Source: an uncultured Nitrospiraceae bacterium (GTDB taxonomy: Bacteria; Nitrospirota; Thermodesulfovibrionia; Thermodesulfovibrionales; Dissulfurispiraceae). From it: DNA of 64,000 nucleotides. The notes under the pieces were generated by a model, which searched no databases, was not told the DNA's origin, and saw nothing but the letters and a program-made list of their open reading frames with translations. The position numbers and the translations under genes are program-made. The DNA lies in the NCBI GenBank assembly GCA_963727805.1, contig CAVSHF010000003.1, forward strand, positions 96,001-160,000, written 5' to 3'. Of this stretch, positions 1-10,250 are shown one piece after another; within the stretch, counting starts at the first letter, position 1; each line of letters opens with the position of its first letter.

Positions 1-735
1 ACGGAGGAATTGGTTAATCAGATTAATATTAAAAGGTTGACACAGGTCGTGAACCATAAAAGGGTCATAGTACCGCAGCTTGGCGCAGTCGGAGTAAGCG
101 GATACAAGGTGTCAAAGGCAACGGGATTCAAGGTGTATTTCGGTCCCGTACGTGCTAAAGATATCCGAAGTTTCATAGAAGCAGGGTACAAGGCAGGACC
201 CGAAATGCGCATGATCCATTTTCCGTTTAGGGATAGGCTGGTTCTTACTCCAATGGAAATAAATCCTGCAATGAAAAAGTTCCCTCTCTTTGCGCTGATC
301 GTGCTGCTTATATTCGGACTGCAGCCTCAAGGGATTCTTTTTAAAGATGCCTTGCAAGGGGGACTGCCATTTCTTGCCATGGGCCTGGCAGCAATCATGT
401 CGGGCGCATTTATGACGCCTGTCCTGCTGCCCTTAATTCCCTTCCGATCTTTTGCTGTAAAAGGCTGGATTGCAGGAATGGCCACAATGTTCGTTATGAT
501 AAAAACTACAGCAATCCTTGAAGATGCGAACGCCCTGCTTTTTGTACTGGCATACATCTTTTTCCCAATGTTCTCTTCTTACTGGGCGCTTCAATTCACA
601 GGATCAACAACATACACAAGTATGGCCGGTGTGAAAAAGGAGATGAAGATCGCCATTCCTGTTTACATAGGGTCACTTGTAGTGACAGGTATTTTGGCGA
701 TACTATACAAAATGAATCAATGGGGGGTGCTGTGA
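1..735 (+). CDS. hgcA: Mercury methylation corrinoid protein HgcA (5'-truncated by window edge)
   Basis: Frame is open from base 1 (TEELVNQI..., just after where the NVWCAAGKG cap helix would lie). Contains VPQLGAVGV, FGPVRAKDI, a multi-TM C-terminus and FTGSTTYTS..GVKKEM. Overlaps hgcB by GTGA. Confidence 0.95.
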   Translation, partial: TEELVNQINIKRLTQVVNHKRVIVPQLGAVGVSGYKVSKATGFKVYFGPVRAKDIRSFIEAGYKAGPEMRMIHFPFRDRLVLTPMEINPAMKKFPLFALIVLLIFGLQPQGILFKDALQGGLPFLAMGLAAIMSGAFMTPVLLPLIPFRSFAVKGWIAGMATMFVMIKTTAILEDANALLFVLAYIFFPMFSSYWALQFTGSTTYTSMAGVKKEMKIAIPVYIGSLVVTGILAILYKMNQWGVL

Positions 736-1028
736 AATATTTGCTTGATGTTTCGACACTTGAACTGATTTGTGAAAGTTGCAAAGGTTGCGGCACCTGC
801 GTCGATGTTTGCCCTCACGGAGTCCTTGCCATGAACAATAAAAAAGCTATCATAATTGACAGGGATAAGTGTATGGAATGCGGAGCATGCATGAACAACT
901 GCTCCTTTGGTGCCCTTCATGTGAATAAAGGAGTTGGCTGTGCCGCGGCTATTATCAACAGTATGATATACGGAGGCGAACCTTCCTGCGATTGCAGCGG
1001 GGATTCAAAAAGCACAAAGTGCTGCTGA
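732..1028 (+). CDS. hgcB: Mercury methylation ferredoxin HgcB
   Basis: GTG start overlaps the hgcA stop. Two CxxCxxCxxxC motifs including the diagnostic CMECGAC, GVGCAAA, and a C-terminal CC. Confidence 0.96.
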   Translation: MKYLLDVSTLELICESCKGCGTCVDVCPHGVLAMNNKKAIIIDRDKCMECGACMNNCSFGALHVNKGVGCAAAIINSMIYGGEPSCDCSGDSKSTKCC

Positions 1029-1043
1029 AGGGTGGGTAATATC

Positions 1044-1140
1044 ATGAAGTGTTGCTAATCGTTGGAGGTAGCGATCCGGGAATCAGCGCGGCCTTGCGCG
1101 CCAGGGAGCTTGCTCTGTAGATATCACTGTTGTCGTGGCC
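1044..1140 (+). pseudogene. N-terminal remnant of CoA-disulfide reductase-like FAD oxidoreductase
   Basis: Frameshifted fragments LLIVGGSDPGISAALRARELA / VDITVVVA match the GGSDAGISAALRAREL N-terminus of this family. Confidence 0.6.
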
Positions 1141-1332
1141 ACTATCAGTCAGAAGTTGTCAAAAGAATCAACAATCTAAGTTTCACGGCTACCAATTGGC
1201 AGTCCGTGGGATCTGGTCCAAATGAGAGCCCAAAAATGTGAAGCGAGTAGTGTAATCGTTCTTTTGTAAAACTGAACTACGGTAAAAAAAAGCACTTTCT
1301 CAGATTGTGAAAAGCAATAAATTTGCATTCTT

Positions 1333-1824
1333 TTATTCAGGTATTGTCAGATACGCATCTCTCATCAGCCAAAGAGTCTCCATGCGGTACATGTGCCAGT
1401 AATCATGCATCAGAATATGTCTAGCCAGAATGTAGAGTGAATAGTGCTCATATTCAGGGTGGGTTGCAACCTTTTGCCACGTAATATAATTTGCGCCATC
1501 AAGTAGTTCTAGTTCTTTATTGCGGTAGTGCGCAAACTGTTCGAGGGCAGCGTTCGTGTCAATACGAGGAGGTAAAACAGACCCGCCCTTGCTATTGCCG
1601 GGAATGTGCGGGATAAACTCTGGATGATCCTCATTCATAAATCGTTGAAAGCGCTCTAACAGCATCGGCTGTACTTGAGCCAAGTGGCTGACATGTTCTG
1701 CGATCGTCCAGAAACCTTCCCCTCGTCGCAGGTGCATTTTGTCGTGTGGAATCGCTTTGACAAATTCAGACAATATCTTGGGTGTTCGTCTCAGGCTTTC
1801 TAATAAGTCTCTTATGTCTTGCAT
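1333..1824 (-). CDS. DinB-superfamily protein
   Basis: WTIAEHVSHL ... HILMHDYWH His-triad pattern; 163 aa. Confidence 0.85.
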   Translation of the reverse strand: MQDIRDLLESLRRTPKILSEFVKAIPHDKMHLRRGEGFWTIAEHVSHLAQVQPMLLERFQRFMNEDHPEFIPHIPGNSKGGSVLPPRIDTNAALEQFAHYRNKELELLDGANYITWQKVATHPEYEHYSLYILARHILMHDYWHMYRMETLWLMRDAYLTIPE

Positions 1825-1887
1825 GTTTTTTATCCCTCGCCTTCGTTCTCACTCCGAAAGAAACTATAGCATAAATCTCTGTTAGTA

Positions 1888-2100
1888 GTGAAAATGAAGG
1901 CTTCAGTCGTATGCCTTTTGGATTTATTGATACCAGACAGACAACACCTGCTTTTTAACACTGGGGATGATGGTCGCTCGGAACGCGGAGGCCTTGTCCT
2001 TGATGACGGTAAATATGTGATAGAAAATTCGGATTATTGTCATAAATATAGTGAGTGTACAAGGGTCTGGAAATTAGGTGCTTTGTCACTTGGCAGATGA
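1888..2100 (+). pseudogene. Possible degenerate 4Fe-4S ferredoxin fragment
   Basis: GGLVLDDGKYVIENSDYCHKYSECTRVWKLGALSL resembles CxxCxxCxxxC..GAL with two Cys lost. Confidence 0.3.
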
Positions 2101-2289
2101 CTTCAACAGCAGCACTGCTCTGTGATAAAATTGTGATAGAACGCATCATAATCATTAGATTCTATGGAATTAATAGCATCAATGAAAATCACACGAATCG
2201 CTAAAAAATAGGTAGTTTGCTCAAACTACCCGCCAGAAGCCTATCGACGTATTTGTACTGAAAAGTCCTCTCAACGCTACGATACTTAG

Positions 2290-3935
2290 CCCAGATAATT
2301 CATAAATAATCGGCAAAAAAATAGCCAACGTCCTTTGAACCTTGGTATTATTGAAGGTGCGAGCAACAAAAACCCAAGAAAGGACATTGGCTACTATGAC
2401 AAAGTGTAACACAGAACAGCTTGGATTTTCATTCCTGCGGAAGCGCAAACTGACGGTGGATTTTGGAGGCGGAGAGATCACATCTGACTCCGGACTTCTG
2501 CTTGTCAGGCAGGCCGATCAAGCATTGGGACTCTTGAAAGGATTGGCGAGCTGCATCACAGACCGGCGGGATTGTCGGTACACAGATCATGACTTGTTGA
2601 CTCTTCTGAGACAGCGAATATATCAGATAGTGGCAGGCTATGAAGACTGCAATGACGCGAACTTTCTGAGGAAAGATCCCGCATTGAAAGCAGCTTGCGG
2701 CAGGATGCCAAGCGACAAGGAACTGGGATCGCAGCCTACACTGTCGAGGTTGGAGAACACCGTAACCCAAGAAGATCTTTATCGGATGGGGCAGTGGTTT
2801 GTTGATCTGTATGTCCGTCGCAACCGGAAGCGTAAGCCAAAGCGAATCATCATTGATGTCGACGGCACCGACGATCCTACATATGGGGACCAACAGCTCA
2901 CCTTTTTTCACGGCTACTATGATCAGTATATGTATCATCCTTTGTTGGTCTATGATGCTGATACAGGAGAGATGATCACAGCAGTATTGAGGGCAGGCAA
3001 TCGACACGCAAGTTATGGCGTGGTTTCAATCTTGAAGCGGATAGTGGCGAGGCTCCAGGCAGCGTTTCCCAATGCTGAGATCATCATACGAGGTGACGCG
3101 GGGTTTGCGATCCCGGCCTTATATGAGTACTGCGAGAAAGAAAAGCTGAGTTATGTAATCGGCCTTATTCGCAACGACGTACTGGAGCGAATGATCGAAA
3201 GACTTCTTGAGAAGGTACAATCTCTCCACGAAAAGACAGGACAGAAGCAACGACTCTTTGCAGAGGGTTTTTATCAGGCACAGAGCTGGGAAAAAGAACG
3301 CCGAGTAATCATGAAGGCCGAATGGCTGCCGCAGGGACCAAACCGTCGGTTTGTGGTGACGAATCTTTCTATGGAGGCCAAACAACTCTACGAGTTCTAC
3401 ACAGAGCGCGGTGGCACTTGCGAGGTGCGCATTGATGAATTCAAAAACGGGCTGAAGGCGGATCGGTTAAGTTGCCATCGTTTTGCTGCCAATCAGTTCA
3501 GGCTTTTTCTGCACATGGCTGCATATTGGCTCGTACTGCGGCTCAGACAAGCGCTTGCTGAAACAGAGTTCTCATCGATGCAGATTCAGCAGCTCAGGAC
3601 AAGGATCTTAAAGATCGGCGGCCAAGTAGTTCAGACAGCCAGACGGGTATGGTTCCGCCTGGCGAGCGGCTATCCTTGGAAAGACATCTTTGCCTTGGCA
3701 TATCGACGACTTGCCGCTGATACCTGCTGAAATTTCCCGAAGCCCAAAAGCACAGTAAAGTTCCAACGGGTGAAGTGCGCTCAAAACAGGGCTGCAGTGT
3801 CCCATACATCGTATTGCATGCGACCACAAGCCTCTCGTCACCTCAAAAAGTTGACTGACAATCCATTCTACCGTGCTCTCAGCGATGAAACAGCTTCAAT
3901 TCGGCTCAGTTCTGAAAATTTATGAATTAACTGGG
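2290..3935 (+). mobile_element. IS1380-family insertion sequence
   Basis: Terminal IRs CCCAGATAATTCATAAAT / ATTTATGAATTAACTGGG (17/18 match), flanked by a 4-bp TTAG direct repeat. Confidence 0.93.
2396..3730 (+). CDS. IS1380-family DDE transposase
   Basis: DFGGGEITSDSGLLL, GYEDCND, SQPTLSRLEN, DVDGTDDPTYGDQQ, RGDAGF, CHRFAANQFRL. Confidence 0.95.
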   Translation: MTKCNTEQLGFSFLRKRKLTVDFGGGEITSDSGLLLVRQADQALGLLKGLASCITDRRDCRYTDHDLLTLLRQRIYQIVAGYEDCNDANFLRKDPALKAACGRMPSDKELGSQPTLSRLENTVTQEDLYRMGQWFVDLYVRRNRKRKPKRIIIDVDGTDDPTYGDQQLTFFHGYYDQYMYHPLLVYDADTGEMITAVLRAGNRHASYGVVSILKRIVARLQAAFPNAEIIIRGDAGFAIPALYEYCEKEKLSYVIGLIRNDVLERMIERLLEKVQSLHEKTGQKQRLFAEGFYQAQSWEKERRVIMKAEWLPQGPNRRFVVTNLSMEAKQLYEFYTERGGTCEVRIDEFKNGLKADRLSCHRFAANQFRLFLHMAAYWLVLRLRQALAETEFSSMQIQQLRTRILKIGGQVVQTARRVWFRLASGYPWKDIFALAYRRLAADTC

Positions 3936-4159
3936 TTAGACGCGTTTTGATTGTGGTTGTTCGGTTGCATAGAAAACAATATGGAATAGGAAAGAAACTG
4001 TTATTTTCGAACTGCCGTGTTAGGCGAGACATTCTTCCTCAAATGAACGCCTGCTATTCGCTGTCAAGAATGTTTATATCCTTCTGGCATTCAACGTTTA
4101 TTGGGTCTGCCTATGCACCTCGAACAAATTTCGATTTGTAGTCTGTGAATTATTCTCTA

Positions 4160-4258
4160 GCGGATTAGAGAGACTCCCAGTCTCCCTAATAACCCTCAAG
4201 GGCAAGGCATGCATTCATCCCACCCAGCAAGCCGCTGGGCATTCTGCAAAGGCTTTCG
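4160..4258 (-). mobile_element. Left-end copy of an IS200/IS605-type miniature element
   Basis: Minus strand reads TTAC|CGAAAGCC..CAGAATGCCCAGCGGCTTGCTGGGTGGGATGAATG... and is homologous to 37136-37232, with compensatory changes in the hairpins. Confidence 0.65.
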
Positions 4259-4287
4259 GTAATTAATCGACTGACCTTAGGTTCTTT

Positions 4288-4415
4288 TGTTGCAACACAT
4301 CAGCCTGATCTGTTGCAAATAAGAATAGCGATGCAATTAATGCAACATATGCTCACGTGATATCCCAATCTATTCCATATATATCAATATGATGTATTTC
4401 GGCATGATATATGCA
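4288..4415 (+). promoter_or_regulatory. Sigma-54 promoter with upstream enhancer-like sites
   Basis: GG-N10-GC at 4401-4414 (cGGCATGATATATGCa). Upstream TGTTGCA/TGCAACA dyads. Confidence 0.6.
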
Positions 4416-4461
4416 AAATAAACACCATCAATGTCGCAATGCACAATGAAAGGAGATCATC

Positions 4462-4644
4462 ATGATAGGCTTTGCCAACAGGATTGAAAATTTATTTGTC
4501 GCTATTACTTTTGCCCAGGCTGGTGAATTTGAGACAGCTAGGGAGTATATGAGAGTAGAAGACCGCCCTCGTCAGATTGACCGGGTTATTCCCTCCGTTA
4601 GACCAAGACTAGAGGTAAGGGCCCCTGGCTTAAAAAGGAAGTAA
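4462..4644 (+). CDS. Small conserved hypothetical protein (AITFAxAGEFETARE type)
   Basis: AAGGAG RBS. The motif is typical of small proteins behind sigma-54 promoters in anaerobes. Confidence 0.7.
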   Translation: MIGFANRIENLFVAITFAQAGEFETAREYMRVEDRPRQIDRVIPSVRPRLEVRAPGLKRK

Positions 4645-4735
4645 AATACGATAGGCCCAATCAAATGCTGACGGACTTGCTTTCGGGACTGCTCTAGCTG
4701 ATGGAAAAGATGGGATAAACAGAAGGAGAAGGACA

Positions 4736-5098
4736 ATGGCAACGAAAATAGTTATAGGGCAAAAATGCGGCAAGGTGCTTCTGAAACAGTTCGTCAATAT
4801 TCGTACAGCATACTATGATAAAAAGTGGAAAAAACCTGATCAATACCTCACTTGGATCCTAGACCAGCTGAGCCTTCAGCCGCTATCTTGTGAGCAAGAG
4901 ACTCTGGCTGCTGACATAAAGGAGGGGTTCCCGAACGTATATAAAGATTGGGCGAAGAGGGGAGTTAGTGATACTCCTGCCCAAATACTAACTTGCAAAC
5001 AACTGCTGCGTATGATAAAAGAGGTCTCAGAAGCTGGGGCCACACGGCAGCGTCAAGAGGATCTGTCAACGGAAGTCTCGCAAAACGCAATCAGATAA
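4736..5098 (+). CDS. Hypothetical protein
   Basis: 120-aa ORF with AGGAG RBS. Confidence 0.6.
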   Translation: MATKIVIGQKCGKVLLKQFVNIRTAYYDKKWKKPDQYLTWILDQLSLQPLSCEQETLAADIKEGFPNVYKDWAKRGVSDTPAQILTCKQLLRMIKEVSEAGATRQRQEDLSTEVSQNAIR

Positions 5099-5502
5099 GA
5101 TTCAGGCCGGGGATGGCGTCAAAGCATCCCTATTGCAGCGCTTTTCTCGAGCCACAATTCTACATAAGCATCAGGATGTTTAGTCCTTCGGGTAGAAACT
5201 TCATAATTTATAAGCCCGGATGGAGTCTGGAGTACCAGCAATGCCCCGCTGCTAATTTTTATGCGGCAGAAGGAATTAGCCGCTTTTCTGACATATAAAA
5301 ATGTTTTATTGAAGGTGTTTTCGCCAAAATGGTGAACAATAGTACGTGGTGAAAGACCCAATATCTGGAGAAAGAGTCATGTTGCAACACTACTCAACTT
5401 GTTTCTTTCCGCATCTAAGCAACACTGTGCGGCATCGTCATTTTGAGGATTTTAATCACCAATTCTCATTTCTGCTGCAAGGGTTAACAGGCTAATAACA
5501 CT

Positions 5503-6051
5503 ATGGGCAATGGCATGATGAAAATACGAGAGTTCGTCTATTTGTTCATAATATTATTTATTATTATCGGTTTTCAGGCCGCAAACGGCGAGGTGATCAA
5601 AATGAATGGATTTCAAATAACAAGTCCTGTTTTTGAGAACAACGGCTTTATTCCAACAAAATATACGTGTGATGGAGCGGATATCAATCCGCAGCTTGTG
5701 ATTGCTAATGTTCCAGCAGGGACTAAATCGCTGGCATTGATTGTTGACGACCCTGATGCGCCGGCGGGTACATGGGTACATTGGGTTGTCTGGAATATCG
5801 GTCCGCAAACGCATGAAATAAAGCAAAACTCAGTTCCGAATGGCGCGAACCAAGGCCTCAACGATTTCCGCAAACGCAGTTATGGAGGTCCATGCCCACC
5901 ATCTGGAACGCATCGGTATTTCTTTAAACTCTATGCGCTAGACACTATGCTCACGCTGGATTTCAATGCGACAAAGGCACACGTTGAAAAAGCCATGCGA
6001 GAACACATCATCGCGGAAACTCGGATTGTTGGCTTGTACAAGAGAAGCTAA
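5503..6051 (+). CDS. YbhB/YbcL (PEBP/RKIP-like) protein
   Basis: YTCDG, DDPDAPAGTWVHW, YGGPCPPSGTHRYFFKLYALD. Confidence 0.93.
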   Translation: MGNGMMKIREFVYLFIILFIIIGFQAANGEVIKMNGFQITSPVFENNGFIPTKYTCDGADINPQLVIANVPAGTKSLALIVDDPDAPAGTWVHWVVWNIGPQTHEIKQNSVPNGANQGLNDFRKRSYGGPCPPSGTHRYFFKLYALDTMLTLDFNATKAHVEKAMREHIIAETRIVGLYKRS

Positions 6052-6758
6052 TCTGGCTTTTTGCTCCCTATTAGGTTTACACCTGCTCTTACTATCAAGG
6101 CACGCGGATCTCTAACCTATAATATGTGCCTCACATATTTAGAAAAACAGCTAATACTGGAGATCATTTTCATCTGATAAATCTAGATTGCCGTCGGTAT
6201 CAGAAAGTTGGTGATTTCTTCCGGTACAAACATGGCGTCCTACTATTTTCAAGGCGGCCTTCATTGTCCTATGGAAGCAGCTGCTATAGCACTCATTTTG
6301 CATTTCTAGATTACCTTTCATCCTAACGTTATGCGTCTTGCACTTATAGGTGGTTCAACCCGGATTTGTGGCTACCAGAAAGGCGGCGCATGCAGCTATT
6401 CATCTGTTGTCGTGTTCAACAGACTTGCGATAATCAAACAGGTACAGTTTTCTCATAATATTACGATAATAACTAGAGGAGCAGATGTTCGGGTATGCAA
6501 ATTGTTGAGGCGTCCTGAATTGTAGAATCGCACTGATTGAGGATGGCGCGAATTTAGTATGTGGCTAGACACTGTTGCACAATGCTGCCATCACCGACCA
6601 ATTTGCATAGACGTATGTGCAACTGTCTCCGCATTAGGAACCGCTTAGGAGCTTTTTGAATCGATAACATATAATCGTCCGTAGGGCTTAAAAAGCGTGG
6701 GTCTGGGCTGGTAGTAACTGAAATATGTGACACCTAAAATTCATTGTAAGGGGATATC

Positions 6759-8570
6759 GTGAGAAAAAAAATAGAGGATGTCCTGAGAGAACAGGGGCTA
6801 CTCTCAAACGAGCAACTTGAAAATGCAATTGAGCACCAGAAGATTACCAGAAAAAATCTGGGGGAAACTCTCGTCACTCTCAACTATGCTACAAAAGAAC
6901 AAGTAGTCGAAGCCTTGGCTGAGGCGTTTTCTCTGCCAATAATCGTCTTCGCGAATAATATAGACATAGTACTACGTCAGGAACTCAAGACTATCATACC
7001 AAAGAAGATGGCCAAGGAGAAGATTATCTTCCCGCTTGAGAAGACCGATTCCACTCTTGTGCTGGTCATGGCTAACCCCATGGATTACAGCACGATAGAC
7101 GACATATCGTTCAACACCAAGCTTAGGATATCCACGATGATCTCCTACGAAAGCGCAATTCTCGAAGCAATAGAACATTATTATGAAGAAGGAGCGAGTA
7201 GTCTCGGACTTCTTGACAATTACAGCTCGAATATCAGCGCCGACATCGACGCCGAAAACGAAGTCCAGTTCTTCTCTGAGGCGCAAAAAGTAGAAGAAAC
7301 TGACTCCAATATAGAGTCGCTGTACTCAAAGAGCAAGGCTCCCCCAATCGTTAAACTGGTTGCCATGATGATCGCAGAGGCTATCAAGATGAGTGCCAGC
7401 GACATCCATATCGAGCCCCAGCGCGGCATGATACAGGTGCGGTTCAGGGTCGATGGAGACCTTAGGAATATCTTCACATATGAACGGAATATACACGACT
7501 CTGTCATATCCCGCATCAAAATCATCTCAAATTTGGACATTACCAACCGCCGTCTGCCGCAGGACGGTGGTAGCCATGTCATGCTCAAAGGTAAGGAGAT
7601 CGACCTCAGGATATCCACGATACCCTCCATATACGGAGAAAAGATAGTCATCAGGCTACTTGAGCAAAGTTCAGGCGTCGTCACACTACAGGGGCTTGGC
7701 ATGCCTGAGGCTATGAGAAACTCGATTTCCAGCATTCTGAGGCGTCCGCAGGGTATGCTCATCGTTACAGGACCGACAGGGAGCGGCAAAACAACTACCC
7801 TTTATGCCGCACTTAATCATATGCGGTCGGAGACCAGGAATATTGTGACAATCGAAGACCCTGTTGAGTACAAAGTCGATGGCATTACACAGATACAGGT
7901 GAAGGACGATATCGGAAGAACCTTTGCCAATATCCTAAGGTCCGTTCTACGGCAAGACCCTGACGTAATTAAGGTGGGCGAGATTCGTGATGCCGAAACA
8001 GCAGAAATTGCCATGAGAGCATCCATGACAGGGCATCTGGTGCTGACGACTCTCCATACTAACAGTACTGCCGCGACGATAACGCGCCTCATCGATATGG
8101 GCGTAGCTCCTTATCTGCTTGGCTCATCTCTTAGCGCAATACTGGCACAGCGCCTTGTTAAGAAGATATGTCCATATTGCAAGGTTGAGTTGCCGGTATC
8201 CGATGAGCTTCTGGCACTTATGGAAGGATTCGAATTGCCTGAGATAACGAGGCATTACAAAGGAGAGGGTTGCCAGCATTGTTACAAAACAGGCTATCTC
8301 GGGAGAACGGCAGTTTATGAGTACCTCCCTGTTAGCCTCGGCGTTAAGACGCTGCTCTTCAAAGATGCATCGGAGATAACTATAGCTAGGGTTGCCAAGC
8401 AGGAAGGCGTTAAACTTTTGTTCGTCGATGCATGGGAAAAGGTCGGGCAGGGTATCACTACTGCCGAGGATGTATTGGCGAAGATCCCTTTTGAAGAGGG
8501 ACTGGTTAGCAAGCTACCCCAGACCTCTCGTGGAGCGGTAGAACTCGTGGAAGCAGTCATTTTGTCATAG
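6759..8570 (+). CDS. GspE/PilB-family secretion/pilus ATPase with MshEN-like N-terminus
   Basis: SDIHIEP, RLPQDG, Walker A GPTGSGKTT, TIEDPVEY, RQDPD..VGEIRD, GHLVLTTLH, tetra-Cys CPYC...CQHC. Confidence 0.93.
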   Translation: MRKKIEDVLREQGLLSNEQLENAIEHQKITRKNLGETLVTLNYATKEQVVEALAEAFSLPIIVFANNIDIVLRQELKTIIPKKMAKEKIIFPLEKTDSTLVLVMANPMDYSTIDDISFNTKLRISTMISYESAILEAIEHYYEEGASSLGLLDNYSSNISADIDAENEVQFFSEAQKVEETDSNIESLYSKSKAPPIVKLVAMMIAEAIKMSASDIHIEPQRGMIQVRFRVDGDLRNIFTYERNIHDSVISRIKIISNLDITNRRLPQDGGSHVMLKGKEIDLRISTIPSIYGEKIVIRLLEQSSGVVTLQGLGMPEAMRNSISSILRRPQGMLIVTGPTGSGKTTTLYAALNHMRSETRNIVTIEDPVEYKVDGITQIQVKDDIGRTFANILRSVLRQDPDVIKVGEIRDAETAEIAMRASMTGHLVLTTLHTNSTAATITRLIDMGVAPYLLGSSLSAILAQRLVKKICPYCKVELPVSDELLALMEGFELPEITRHYKGEGCQHCYKTGYLGRTAVYEYLPVSLGVKTLLFKDASEITIARVAKQEGVKLLFVDAWEKVGQGITTAEDVLAKIPFEEGLVSKLPQTSRGAVELVEAVILS

Positions 8571-8835
8571 CTGAACAGCAAGGATTAAAATGCAGAAAAG
8601 AAACAAAATGGTAATGTACAGTAAGGGAAACAAGATTAATAATGAAGGTTGAGGCTGCCAACCACGGAGCTCAGCCCTAGTCCGCGAACGGTGGTTCAGT
8701 GCTGGCGCGTGTGTACACCGCTTCTAAGGGATTCGATTAATATTCGATCAGAGCTGGCTATTTTTATGCCAAATACTGCGGGTGTCGCCCCATTCCCGTG
8801 AAGGTTGCTGAAGAAATGAAAAAAAGGGGAATTAC

Positions 8836-9009
8836 CAGTCAGTAACACTCACCGACAAGCAATTTCTCATGGGAGAAAAGGATGGTAAGTCCGTCACCCT
8901 TGCGGGTGTGCTTCGCTTGCTTCGCTCGGGCAGTGATCGACTGCCGGTTATCATTTTGATACATGGCTCGGAAGGAATCCAGATGACTCAGGTGTCGCCT
9001 TGTCGATAA
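8836..9009 (+). pseudogene. Fragment of dienelactone-hydrolase-like alpha/beta hydrolase
   Basis: QSVTLTDKQFLMGEKDGKSVTLAGVLRL..GSDRLPVIILIHGSEG, with no start codon and a premature stop. Confidence 0.5.
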
Positions 9010-9189
9010 CGAACATACGGAAGGAGCTGCCCACCACAGATACTATAGCTTGGTGGAATATCGCATTTATCAGCCGTACAGATCAAGGCGCTGGTGCAAG
9101 AGACACTCGACGAAGCGGCGACGATAGTTTTTTTTGGACATCATCATATTCATGGCACTGGCGGCACTGGAGTTCTTAGGTGCAGGCCA

Positions 9190-9280
9190 TATTTTCACGA
9201 AAAGAGCTTCGGTGTCGACATCTCCAATGCCGCCTATGCTCTGGATGCTACGGCTATCGATCTCTGCCTGTCGGTCGATG
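9190..9280 (+). pseudogene. IS4-family transposase remnant
   Basis: FGVDISNAAYALDATAIDLCLSV matches the YALD(S/A)TTIDLCLS motif of IS4 transposases. Confidence 0.65.
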
Positions 9281-9564
9281 CGGCAAGCAGGTCGATAATA
9301 AGTTAATGTTCTTCTGCCAGATAAAGAGAGGGAGATTCGGGGGGAGCATTCTTTGTAGTAATTGTCAAAAAAGGTATCGAGCGGTCTTATGATTACTCGT
9401 TAGCCACAATAACAGATAAAGAAGCCATTATTAGCGGTCAGGTAGCGTAATGAGGGGTAAAGAATGACAAAATCGGTTTATTCGTTGAGAAATGCTATAG
9501 AATTACGATGATGTTGGCGGAGAAAAATGGCTGACCGCCGAGCCGCTTAATAGGAGGAGTTTTT

Positions 9565-9984
9565 ATGGAAGGCAAATTTATTAAAATCGCTCAAGAGATT
9601 TTAAGAGTCGCAGCAGACGGTGGCCTGAGACAGGATCAGATTCTTGCTATTGTTGGTCGTGAAGCCGAAGGCAAAATTAATTGCTATCCCGGCGATGCCG
9701 TGCATAAATGTTTTCCGACGGCGGTATTTGTCGCTCTGGAGGGCAAGCTAAAGAGCGGCCGGTGTCACTACAATTTTGAAAGGAGCCTGAAGGCTATGGT
9801 GAAGCATGTGCTTGGCGCATGTCCCAATGTTACAAGAGATGTCGTGCTGATTACCGATTCGTGGTGGGCTCCTATTTTTGAGACGTGGCAGGCGAATCTA
9901 AATACAATGATTCAAAGTGGTATTAATGTGGAGATATATATCATATTGTATCCGAATATAATTAACCAACTAGGCATATTATGA
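9565..9984 (+). CDS. Hypothetical protein
   Basis: 139-aa ORF with strong AGGAGG RBS. Confidence 0.75.
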   Translation: MEGKFIKIAQEILRVAADGGLRQDQILAIVGREAEGKINCYPGDAVHKCFPTAVFVALEGKLKSGRCHYNFERSLKAMVKHVLGACPNVTRDVVLITDSWWAPIFETWQANLNTMIQSGINVEIYIILYPNIINQLGIL

Positions 9985-10250
9985 CGCACCACAATATTTG
10001 ATTAGCCGAAAGGGAAGAATCATATTAGAATGTTAAGGCCGCTTTAAACGGAAAGAAGCGCTCGCTTAATGTGCTTGCTGAGTGAAACATGATCACCTGA
10101 ATGCATCCTTTGTGATTTCAGTCACCGACTCGGGTCATCTAACTGTGTCAATATTTACTTGAGAATCAGGATTGAGGAGCTTAAAGGAATCACCCACTTC
10201 GAGTGATTCGCAGCGACACTAATGTGGAAGAAGGCTGACGATGGAAAAAT

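Noticed and set aside
8640..8760. Possible riboswitch/sRNA after the ATPase gene
   Set aside because: No recognisable consensus or convincing stems.
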